Source of the DNA: Azolla caroliniana
Taxonomy: Eukaryota > Plantae > Polypodiophyta
Reading direction: 5' to 3'
Assembly (NCBI GenBank): GCA_043228905.1
Contig: JBHGNT010000070.1
Location: 1 to 64,000, forward strand
Length of the DNA: 64,000 nt
The translations under genes and the position numbers were made by a program. Of the stretch, positions 12,701 to 23,600 are shown in pieces; position 1 is the first letter of the stretch, and every line of letters starts with the position of its first letter. Below the pieces are notes generated by a model, which saw nothing but the letters and a program-made list of their open reading frames with translations, did no database searches and was not told the origin of the DNA.

Positions 12701-13900
12701 GATTTCGCAGAGAATTATACTTTCAAGCAGCAGAATGAAATTCAATCTATGCATTGGTGTTCAGTTCAGGTAACCATTTTTGTGCACATAACATATTTTC
12801 GAGTTTCAGGTGATGTTAAAAAAGTAATTCATTTCTTTATTTCCGATGATAAGAAGCATGATACCTTGTTCGTCCAACACTGTTTTAAGTTACATTGGCA
12901 GTGGTTATTAGCTCAACGTTTGGAGCTTACTCAACATTGGGTCTGGTCTGACGGAGCTGCGTCACAATTCAAGGCTCGACGTCCGTTTTATTTTGTGGGG
13001 AGGTATCCTGCTATAACAGGTTTGGAGATGAGATGGAATTTTTTTGGGTCTGGCCATGGTAAAGGTGAACATGATGGTGCAGGGGCTGTTATAAAGCGGG
13101 CACTTACCCATGAACAACTAAAGACAGATGGTGTGCACATGAATTGTGCATCACATGTAGTTGAATTTTTAAGAACAAATATGTCGACGAGTGCCACAGG
13201 TGTTTATTCCTCGCAAGTTCGAGATATCAAACGTGAATTTTGGGAAGTGAAGATAGATGAAGTAAATAGGGAGAAGACCTGGGAGTGCCAAGGAATTCCC
13301 GAATTGCGATCTCTGCATGCTGTTCGCGGTTATTCCAGGTTGGATGGTCATTGTATTGCGGTGAGAGAATTGACTTGTTTTTGCTTCCATTGTGTGCAGG
13401 GAAATTGGAGATATTGTCTAAACAAAGCATACATTCAGAATTGGGAGTATCACACTCTGAATGATAAGGAAGCAGTTGATGGAGAAACAGGGCAGAATGC
13501 TGACTTCACATATGAGGGACTTGGAGATACTTTGAGTGATGTCCTGAACGTTGGGGATAACTTCGCTGTAAATGCTGAAGAAGGCAATTCAGAGGGTGCT
13601 GATTTCTATATATTAAAGTGCACGGTTAGTAAACAGTGTGCAAGGCAGAATATTGTAGATGCATGGGGAAATTTTGTATCTGCCGGGACATTCTACATCG
13701 AAGGCATTTTTTATGCAAAACTAGATGACTACGAATATGTGTACAGGCTGTTAGAAGACAAACCAGCAGCGTATATGTACTCTCATTTGGTCAGATGCAT
13801 CAACGTCCCAATGTCAGAATACAATAGTTGCTCCGGTTTATACACTGTTGGTGCTAATGTGTATGAATGTATTTACAATAGTATGCCATGGAATTTGTAG
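9787..13900 (+). CDS. Sola2-like DDD transposase, two exons join(9787-10536,12059-13900), ~863 aa
   Basis: Donor CAG|GTATTT at 10536/7 and acceptor TTACGCAG|G at 12058/9 join in phase 0 (DVPQ|VDFIIRFKRMHPTIK). HTH-like ISELSKVIGVSRKTV; Cys-rich CCCIYH..CTCGCQIC; catalytic motifs VVDFAENY, WSDGAASQFK, WNFFGSGHGKGEHDGAGAVIKR. No stops. Confidence 0.85.
10580..12040. repeat. Intronic 20-bp-period minisatellite with the palindromic core TAGCTAATTAGCTA (array A)
   Basis: Units such as CATGATAGCTAATTAGCTAC and TAGGACAGCTAATTAGCTAC. Block 11221-11460 recurs at 11641-11880 (420-bp offset). Lies wholly within the transposase intron. Confidence 0.95.
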
Positions 13901-14380
13901 CTACAAGTAGCACTTACCATGTTCTCTTGTAAAACAAACATGTATTTTGCGAAAACAGATCAATAAATTCGTTTGGAATCAATTTCTTGTATACAGTCTG
14001 CTTTCTGTGCTTCTTTCTCAATAAAATCATGTCTTTTTTGTTAAGTTTTAAGTTATAAGTTATAGCGAAATAGTCATCAGTAGCTAATTAGCTGTACAAA
14101 TGCAGCTAATTAGCTGTACAAATGTATTTACAATAGTATGCCATGGAATTTGTAGCTACAAGTAGCACTTACCATGTTCGCTTGTAAAACAAACATGTAT
14201 TTCGCGAAAACAGATCAATAAATTCGTTTGGAATCAATTTCTTGTATACAGTCTGCTTTCTGTGCTTCTTTCTCAATAAAATCATGTCTTTTTTGTTAAG
14301 TTTTAAGTTATAAGTTATAGCGAAATAGTCATCAGTAGCTAATTAGCTGTACAAATGTAGCTAATTAGCTGTACAAATGT
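13866..14380 (+). repeat. ~255-bp tandem duplication covering the transposase stop codon and 3' UTR
   Basis: AATGTATTTACAATAGTATGCCATGG... at 13866 and 14121; each copy ends in AGCTAATTAGCTGTACAAATG repeats. Confidence 0.9.
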
Positions 14381-14524
14381 AGCTAATTAGCTGTCAATAG
14401 CTAAATAGTCATCAATAGAATGAAATCAACAATCTGCAACATATTCCTCAAATTACATAGTAGATAAGTACAGTGGGAACAAGTAATTAAATTCTTCATT
14501 GAATAATGTCATCTCTTTACATAT

Positions 14525-15579
14525 TTATAAATTACCATTGGAAATGTCTACAAATCTCCTATAAACAGCTAAGCTCTTGCTAGTCAGTGGAACGAGTCTA
14601 CATATATTATCCGCATATTGAGCTCGGTATGGAGTCCACAACCATGCACCTAGTTGGCAGCTCACTGTTTGCACCAGGTACTGTTCAGGCATTTCCTCGG
14701 GTAGAATGAGACAGCATCTCCGAATATTGAAGTAGTGTCGGAAATGTTCTGTATCCAAAATCAATGTATTGTCAGCATTATATTCAGGCCAAGTAGCCCA
14801 AAAATCAGAAAGCCTCTTGAATCTTGCAGCTTCCATCTGCACACAATTTTCTCGTGCCCATTGACCTTTAAAACGACTTCGCCATTTTGGGAAGAATCTT
14901 GCCAAACACTTCCACACATCTGATTTTGGTTTCTCACTCCAAATAAACAAATCGAAGTACTCCGCAGCCCACTCTAGAAACTGATTTGCGTCCCTCCTTG
15001 GCTGCATATATCTCACACTCATCAAGACTTTATCCAGCTCCAAGATCAAGGCTCTTCGCTCGACTTCTAGTGGTTTAGGTTTCCATTCCTGAAACTGAGC
15101 CGCTGTTACACCATTTTCTGGTAGGATACGATCAATCTCAATCAGCTCAGGTTCGGCTGACACAACTGGTGTCCTTTTCCTCTTTAAACCCCTAGTCGAC
15201 TGTGTTGGGCCTAGCTTCACATTCTGGTGCTCTTGTTTTGTCGACTTAGTTATCAATCCTTGGATTACCTCAGTGCATGTAGCTACTGTTCTGCTCGATA
15301 TCAATCCACTGGTATCACATGCTGCATCTACCTGCAACACCAAGTCATCCGTGCTACATGCTGCATCTACCTGCAACACCAAGTCATCCGTGCTACATGC
15401 TGCATCTACCTGCAACACCAAGTCATCCGTGCTACATGCTTGATCAACTTGTGTGACCAGATCACTTGTGTCAGTTGCTACATCTACTTTCAAGATGGGG
15501 CCCTTTAAACATGCCGCAACATCAACAGTATCCACACTGCCATTGGCCTTACGAGCAATAGAATCAAACCCTTTAGACT
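14525..15579 (-). CDS. Cargo exon/ORF: 13-aa repeats plus a degenerate FCP1/SCP (NIF) HAD-like phosphatase domain
   Basis: ALILELDKVL (cf. LVLDLDETL), PRRDANQFLEWAAEYFDLFIWS (cf. RPG..EFL......FE..IWT), ARENC..FKRLSDFW, NTLILDTEH (cf. NTLLIDDSP). STDDLVLQVDAAC repeats. Phase-1 acceptor TTGCAG| at 15580/79. Confidence 0.65.
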
Positions 15580-15826
15580 CTGCAACATCAGAAAACACCA
15601 ACATATTCACACTCACAAAGTAACTACTAGTCTCACAAAACAATATCCTGAACATCAAAGAGTTTCAGTCATAGAACAACACTCTTCAAATTATCTTGGA
15701 AAAACATCAGAGTTCCATTACATAATGTGGATCAAGCAACAACCAATCTGAGGTTTTACTTGTCCAACAGGATAGTAAAACTTCATAAAACCCTAGCAAA
15801 ATCCCTAAGCTAACAATCATATCCAA

Positions 15827-18800
15827 CTAAACAGTATTTCGCTCCACTACGTCTGGGCCCCTTGACCGAGTAACTGGTCTTGTTCCCGATCGTGGCCCCT
15901 TCTTCAGCCTTTTTCTGGTTGGTTCCCCATTTAGCCTTGCTTCTAGGACCCAATGCGCAAGTGTGTCCTCCTCCGACAACCTTCCCATCGCCTCAGCAGC
16001 TAATTGCACATCAGCCGTTTCTTGAACTAGCTTTTCAAGTACAGAGGGATCTGTTTGGACATTTTCAGTAGTTGGGCTCGGTGGGGTGGAATCAAGGTCT
16101 TGAGACTCGAAGAAATGTTGCATCAAGTGTTCATAAACACTGTTGTTGTGAACCTCAGTTTTACATGTTGTTTCCACTATTTCATGGCATTTCACATCGT
16201 TGCCTAATTCAGTACACTGTTCCAAAAGAATAGGGTGCAGCTGATCTGAAGGAGATGTGATAGCAGGACTCTTACTTTCAGCCACATTGGCAGTAGTATC
16301 CTCATCTGTTGCAGCATCATCAGCACCAGACACATCATGTGCCGTCCTTAATCCACAAGATTCTACAATAACATGACAGTTATTTAGGATAGCTAATTAG
16401 CTACTTTACTAAACTATGGTAGAAGCTAGGATAGCTAATTAGCTAGTACGATAGCTAATTAGCTAGTACGATAGCTAATTAGCTAGTATGATAGCTAATT
16501 AGGTACTTTACTCAACTATGGTAGTAATTAGGATAGCTAATTAGGTACTTTACTCAACTATGGTAGTAGTTAGGATAGCTTATTAGCTACTAGGACAGCT
16601 AATTAGCTGCCAATAGCTAATTAGCTACTAGGACAGCTAATTAGCTGCCAGTAGCTAATTAGCTACTAGGATAGCTAATTAGCTGCCAGTAGCTAATTAG
16701 CTACTAGGATAGCTTATTAGCTACTTTACACAACTATGGCAGTAGCTACTAGGATAGCTAATTCGCTAGTAGGATAGCTAATTAGTTTCCAGCAGCTAAT
16801 TAGCTACTAGGATAGCTAATTAGTTGCCAGTAGCTAATCAGCTAGTAGGATAGCTAATTAGGTACTTTACTCAACTATGGTAGTAGCTAATTAGCTAGTA
16901 GGATAGCTAATTAGCTACTTTACTCAACTATGGTAGTAGCTAATTAGCTACTAGGATAGCTAATTAGCTGCTAGTAGCTAATTAGCTACTAGGATAGCTT
17001 ATTAGCTACTTTACACAACTATGGCAGTAGCTAATTAGTTACTAGGATAGCTAATTAGTTACTAGGATAGCTAATTAGCTACTATGGTAGCTAATTAGCT
17101 ACTTTACTCAACTATGGTAGTAGCTAGGATAGCTAATTAGCTACTTTACTAACTATGGTAGTAGCTAGGATAGCTAATTAGCTACTTTACTCAACTATGG
17201 TAGTAGCTAGGATAGCTAATTAGCTACTTTACTAACTATGGTAGTAGCTAGGATAGCTAATTAGCTACTTTATTAACTATGGTGGTAGCTAGGATAGCTA
17301 ATTAGCTACAATGAAAGCTAATTAGCTACTTTCTCAACTATGTAGTAGCTAGGATAGCTTATTAGCTACTAGGACAACTAATTAGCTGCCAGTAGCTAAT
17401 TAGCTACTAGGATAGCTAATTAGCTACTTTACACAACTATGTCAGTAGCTAATTAGCTACTATGATAGCTAATTAGCTAGTAGGATAGCTAATTAGCTAG
17501 TAGGATAGCTAATTAGTTGCCAGTAGCTAATTAGCTAGTAGGATAGCTAATTAGCTTTTTTACACAACTATGGTACTAGCTAATTAGCTAGTACCATAGC
17601 TAACTAGCTACTAGGATAGCTTATTAGCTACTTTACACAACTATGTCAGTAGCTAATTAGCTACTATGATAGCTAATTAGCTAGTAGGATAGCTAATTAG
17701 CTAGTAGGATAGCTAATTAGTTGCCAGTAGCTAATTAGCTAGTAGGATAGCTAATTAGCTATTTTACACAACTATGGTACTAGCTAATTAGCTAGTACCA
17801 TAGCTAACTAGCTACTAGGATAGCTTATTAGCTACTTTACACAACTATGTCAGTAGCTAATTAGCTACTATGATAGCTAATTAGCTAGTAGGATAGCTAA
17901 TTAGCTAGTAGGATAGCTAATTAGTTGCCAGTAGCTAATTAGCTAGTAGGATAGCTAATTAGCTTTTTTACACAACTATGGTACTAGCTAATTAGCTAGT
18001 ACCATAGCTAACTAGCTACTAGGATAGCTTATTAGCTACTTTACACAACTATGGCAGTAGCTAATTAGTTACTAGGATAGCTAATTAGTTGCCAGTGGCT
18101 AATTTAGCTAGTAGGATAGCTATTTAGCTTTTTTACACAACTATGGTACTAGCTAATTAGCTAGTACCATAGCTAATTAGCTACTAGGACAGCTAATTAG
18201 CTAGTAGCTCATTAGCTGCCAGTAGCTAATTAGCTAGTAGGATAGCTAATTAGAAAAGACTAAGCTTATTAGCTACAGTATGGTATACCTGTTTGTTTTC
18301 TCCACTCATTTGGTAGAGTTGTACTGCAATCTCCCAAACAGAATGCAGCAATTCGACAGGCATGTTGAAAACAAAGCAGATGGTATGTGTGGTTGCATGG
18401 TTGTAGGTGAACCAACAAAGACGCAGTTTTGTCCTCCACACCTAACCCGCAAGCGATGCAACGTGCTTGAACTGTCAATAAATCATTTTCTGGTTCTACT
18501 TCATTTGGTAAGGGAGCAAGAATGTTCAGGTCCAAATCCTGTCTGGTCCTTACCATTTCCTCCACAAAATGTAGCTTCTTCTTAAGGCAGCTAACTACCT
18601 GTTCTTGATGAATGTATTGTTCCTTCAACGCAACAGAGAAATTTACCGATTAATTATTCTTGTTGTTGAAAGATACACCAACTTTGCTCAGGAATCGTTA
18701 ACTTACTTGAAGCTTATCCAAATTGTAATCTGCAACAGTATTTACACCTAGAAGGTCCAGGTTCATTGAAAGAACCTGGATCTCTATTTGCAGTTCTATT

Positions 18801-20143
18801 TTACGTTGGGGATCCAGTGGCCCCTCTAATTCAAGCTCCTGTTGCGCAACCTATTCCAGATAATGCTTGATTAGCACATTTTACCCGTTATTTATAACAC
18901 AATCACATACCAGCAAAACAATAGTTACCTGAATCTTATTTCTAATTGTTGTAACAGCAGAAGTAACTTTGCTCTCCATTGCAGAAGCCATTGTGGCTTT
19001 CTCTAAATCAGTCTTAAAAAATGCCAATGTCTCACAGGCTTCATGGACATTTTTTAGCATATAGCTAACCAATGTCTCACCTGTATCATCGACATTGGCT
19101 TTCCTTGGGTGTCGGTGTGGTGTATGCCCCCGGTCTTGCTGGGAGTCGGCAGTTGCATCAACAGCTGCCATGCTCCAAAATCTGTCTATTTTTTGTGCCA
19201 AGGTCCCCATCTTTCGGCATCTTTTTACCGATGCCTCACCATAGACTGCCCAAGCTACCCTATACATTTCAGGGTCTCTAGATTCCTTCGCTGTTTTGCA
19301 GTACTCATATGCAAATGCTCTAGCAAATGAAACTGACAACTCATTGTTGACTGGGATCTCCTGATGAACTTTCTGGTGCAGTCTCATGCAGTCATCGTAC
19401 AAGTCGGCTCGTACATGCTTCAGCTTGACCTTGCCTTTGACTCTAGGCACTGTATATACTGTCATCCAGTCTATATCACTGATCAATTTATCACTTAAGA
19501 CAGCAGGGTCAACACCCTCGAGTGACAGACCATAGGTGTTGTGGAAGTCCTCCTTTGTCTCGCAAAATTTTGCGAAGTTTAGCACTCTCGTATACGGAGG
19601 AACGAGCCATCTGAAATATCATTTCAGAAATCAGAAATAGTGCAAAATCAGAATATGTGAGAATCAAAAACCCCAATCAACAACAACAAAAATGGTGCAA
19701 AATCTTTAACTTAACCTAATCAAAATCTGTAATCAGAAGTTTGAAATCAGAAACCCTAATCAAAATCTGTAATCAGAAGTTTGTAACCAGAAACCTTATT
19801 CAGAAATTCTAATCAGAAATTTATAATCAAAAACCCTAATCAGAAATTTCAATCAGAAACCCTAATAAAAAATTTCAATCACAAACCCTAATCAGAAATC
19901 CTAAGCAGAAATTTATAAACAAAAACCCTATTCAGAAATTCTAATTTGTAATCAAAATTTGTAACCAGAAACCCTATTCAAAAATTCTAATCAGAAATTT
20001 ATAATCAAAAACCCTAATCAGAAATTTCAATCACAAACCCTAATCAGAAATTTCAATCACAAACCCTAATCACTAAAGACAGGATTAAACACAAAAAAAG
20101 TAATATAAACACACCTGTTGCTACTCCCCGATTTGCGAGACAT
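15827..20143 (-). CDS. Transposon cargo gene, 5 exons (20143-20115, 19610-18929, 18850-18707, 18622-18289, 16362-15827), ~574 aa: unknown N-domain, coiled coil, RING-H2-like finger, acidic tail with basic end
   Basis: All four GT..AG junctions keep the frame (1725 nt total). RING-like CIAC-x17-CNHTYHLLC-x10-CLGDC. RKRLKK NLS-like motif near the C-terminus. Confidence 0.72.
16385..18275. repeat. Intronic TAGCTAATTAGCTA-core satellite (array B) with a 204-bp higher-order repeat
   Basis: Same core as array A with variable linkers (CTAGGA, CTTTACACAACTATGG, GCCAG). ACACAACTATG marker at 17431, 17635, 17839 and 18043. Lies within the intron 18288-16363. Confidence 0.95.
19620..20075. repeat. Degenerate AATCAGAAA/AAACCCT minisatellite in cargo-gene intron 1
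   Basis: Repeated AAACCCTAATCAGAAATTTC/T units. Confidence 0.8.
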
Positions 20144-20597
20144 CCTTGTATGGGACTCCAAGGACTTCGCCCTATTCGATTTTGGGGAAATATGAATCGG
20201 CACCAAAGTTCAGACAGTAGTCAAAATGAAAAAACAAATGTTTGGGGTTTCTGTAACTGAAACATACCTGGACGATGATCGAGCGGGTTCTGTGTTGTAG
20301 CTCTCAATCTGCAATGTCGATTTTTTGCTGTTGCGGGAGCTACGTCTGCGTTCGTGCTCTGAGTACTCCATCTGCGTTCAAAATTAGACTTAGGCTAAAC
20401 AGGAAATTGATGACATTGAAGTCGACCTTAGATGATGGTGATATTCCCCAAGTTCCACTACGTCTGAAACAGAAGTTCAAATATTTGAGTTTTTTCATAA
20501 ATTAGTTTTTCAAATATTTGATTTTCCCACAAGAAAGACTAGCTAAACAAATAGCTAATTAGCTATGGCCATTTTAGTAGCTAATTAGCTATAATAG

Positions 20598-20622
20598 TGT
20601 TTCCACTCGCATGCTTTTACCC
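20598..20622 (-). repeat. Right terminal inverted repeat (25 bp)
   Basis: TGTTTCCACTCGCATGCTTTTACCC followed by AGCT. Confidence 0.95.
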
Positions 20623-20626
20623 AGCT

Positions 20627-23600
20627 AGCAAAGTTTACTGGCTTAAGAAACTCATGGATTTACGCATGACAGAGGGCACACCCATGTCAACTCACTTGAG
20701 TGAGTTCAATTCCATTTTCAGCCAGCTGGTTGCCTTGAAATTCATAAGTGATGATGAGTTTAAGGCCATGTTTTTACTTTGCACCTTGCCAGAAAGTTGA
20801 GATACTTTCAAGACTGCTATGAGCAATTCAAATGTGATGCTTCTTTATGCCGATGTAGAGAGTTCTCTACTCATGGAAGAGATGAGTCGGCAAAATAATG
20901 CATCCAATAAGTCCTCTAGTGCGTTGCATATGAGGGGTAGGTCACAACAAAGAGGCAAATCTGATAGTTATGGCCGTAGTAAATCACGTGGTAAAGATGT
21001 AGAATGCCATCACTGTGGCAAAAAGGATCACTTTAAACGTGATTGTTTCAAATGGAAGAAAGAGAAAGGAAAGGGCAAGCAGATAGATGATTTCATAGAA
21101 GAAAAGAGAGACATTCAACCGAGGAAAGGCAATACTAAAATTGAAGAGGTGAATGTAGTCACTCATGATAGTGATAATGGAAATGATGTACTCTTTGTTT
21201 CATCATGCCATAGAGAACATGCTTTACTTGCAGATACGGATGGTGACATGCACACTTGGATACTCGATTCTGGTGCTTCTTTTCACGTCACTCCTCATCG
21301 TGAGTGGTATTCAGATTACACAGGGGGTCGACATGGTGTTGTCCATCTTGGGGACAACTATGCATGTGAAATTGTAGGTATTGGCACTGTGCAATTACAA
21401 TTTCAACATGGTTCTGCTTTCACACTTTAGCATGTACGACATGTACCTCAACTCAAGAAGAGCTTGATTAGCACAGGACAACTAGATGATGATGGATTTC
21501 ACACAACCTTTGGTGATGGGAAATGGAAGATTTGTAAGGGATCTAGAGTTATTGCCAAGGGTAGTAAAAGTGATACTTTGTATCCTCTCCATGTATCTAG
21601 TGTGAGTGACCATGTTGTTGCCATAACCGAACAACCTAGTGTTTCTTTGTGGCATGGCCGGTTGGGACACATGAGTGAAACTGGTATGAAAGTACTTTCT
21701 CGTTTGGGTTACTTGCCATGTCTTCGTTAAGCTGATTTTGAACATTGTGATCATTGCATTTATGGTAAACATGTACAAACATATCATAAAAAGTCTCTTT
21801 TGCTGAAGTCGTCCCCGCTTGAGTTAGTACATTCAGATGTATGTCAGATGCCAAGGCTATCATTAGGGGGAAAGAAATACTTAGTCACTTTTGTCGATGA
21901 TGCTACATGGAAGGTATGGGTTTACCCTATTCGTAGCAAGGGTGAAGTGCTCGACAAGTTTCAAACATTTTTGGCATTAGTTGAGAATCAAATTGATAAG
22001 ACACTTAAGTGTCTTTGCTTTGACAATGGTGGGGAATATGTGTCCAAGGCTTTTCAAGCACTTTGTGACAAAAAAGGGATAAAGAGGGAACTCACTGCCC
22101 CTTATAATCCACCCTAGAATGGAGTTGCAGAGTGTATGAATCAGACTATTCAAGATAAGGTCCGTACTATGCTGTCTCATGCTACGTTACCCCATGGTTT
22201 TTGGGGCAGAGGCTGTTATGACAGCTATTCACTTGATTAATCGGTCACCTAACAGGTCTTTGGGAGGGGGAATACCCCAAGAAGCGTGGTTGGGCAAGCC
22301 ACCTTCATATGCTCACTTGAGAGTGTTTGGCTATGAGGCTTTTGTGCACATTCGTAAAGAAGAATGCAACAAACTTGAGCCAAAGTCCTACAAATGTATT
22401 TTCCTAGGATACGGTGACGAGGGTGAAATGGGGTATAGATTGTGGGATCCCGAGAAAAGAAAAATATTACGCAACAATGATGTTATCTTCTGGGAAAATC
22501 GCATGCATAAACAACCCGAAAAGACTAAGGAAGTGCGTAGGGTTGTATTCTGAGAAGAAATACCATTTAGACTATAAAATGTGCCTGTTGTATAGCAGCA
22601 AACACCTGGTGTAAAATTACATGCAAATGCAGAAAATGAGGTTGGAAATGATCAACCAGCCTTTGCCAATAATGATGAGCCACCAAATGTGCAGGAACAG
22701 CTAGAACAACAAGTTGTGAATGCTGATTTGCAGGTTGAAATGCCTGGACTGCAAATTGAAAATGATGATTTGCAGGCTCAACAACTACCAAAAAATGAGC
22801 ATTGGGTTAGGAGATCATCTAGAGTTACTAGATAGCCTGACAGATTTGTTCCTGATGCAAACAGTGTGGCTGATTATGTCATGGTAACTGATTGTGGCGA
22901 ACTGACTTGCTTCAAGGAAGCAATGGACAGACATGACAATAAGAAATGGTATAAAGCCATGTTGTCAGAGATGGAATCTCTTGAGAAAAATGACACTTGG
23001 GATTTGGTGCCATTGCCTAAAGGGCAGAAAACACTTCCATGCAAATGGGTTTATAAAATGAAGGTCATTTCTGATTCCTTGCCAAAGTACAAAGCAAGAT
23101 TGGTTGCAAAAGGATACAAGCAGGAATATGGAGTTGATTTTGATGAGATCTTTTCGCTTGTAGTCAAGATGACTAAATTAAGAATCATTTTGGGCTTAGT
23201 TGCAGCTGAAGATATGGAGCTCATACAGATGGATGTGAAGACCGCCTTTTTACATGGCGATCTGCATGAAGACATATATATGCAGCAGCCTGAAGGTTTT
23301 GTGGCTAAAGGCAAAGAGAAGATGGTTTGTAAGCTCAAAAGGAGTTTGTATGGGTTGAAACAAGCACCAAGAGAATGGTATCATAAATTTGATGCATTTA
23401 TGTAGTCTCAAGGTTTTCGTAGAAGTCAAGTAGACCAATGCTGGTACATTAAGAAGGCAGGAGATGGCAACCTGATTATCTTGGTTTTGTATGTTGATGA
23501 TATGTTGATAGCTGGCAAGGATATTCATGCCTTGGATTCATTGAAGCAAAGCCTTCATGGAAGCTTTGATATGAAGGATCTTGGTGATGCAAATCACATC

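Larger units (their letters stand above)
8284..20622 (+). mobile_element. 12,339-bp TIR DNA transposon, Sola2-like, with cargo gene(s); TSD AGCT
   Basis: TIRs GGGTGAAAGCATGCGAGTGGAAACA (8284-8308) and its inverse at 20598-20622 match at 24/25. AGCT at 8280-8283 and 20623-20626. Removing the element plus one AGCT restores gag (ATG GCA GCT AGC AAA GTT). Contains a DDD-type transposase. Confidence 0.92.

Noticed and set aside
8284-20622. CACTA, hAT, Mutator, piggyBac or Helitron identity
   Set aside because: GGG termini, a 4-bp AGCT TSD and the DFxENY/SDG/HGKG motifs do not match those superfamilies.
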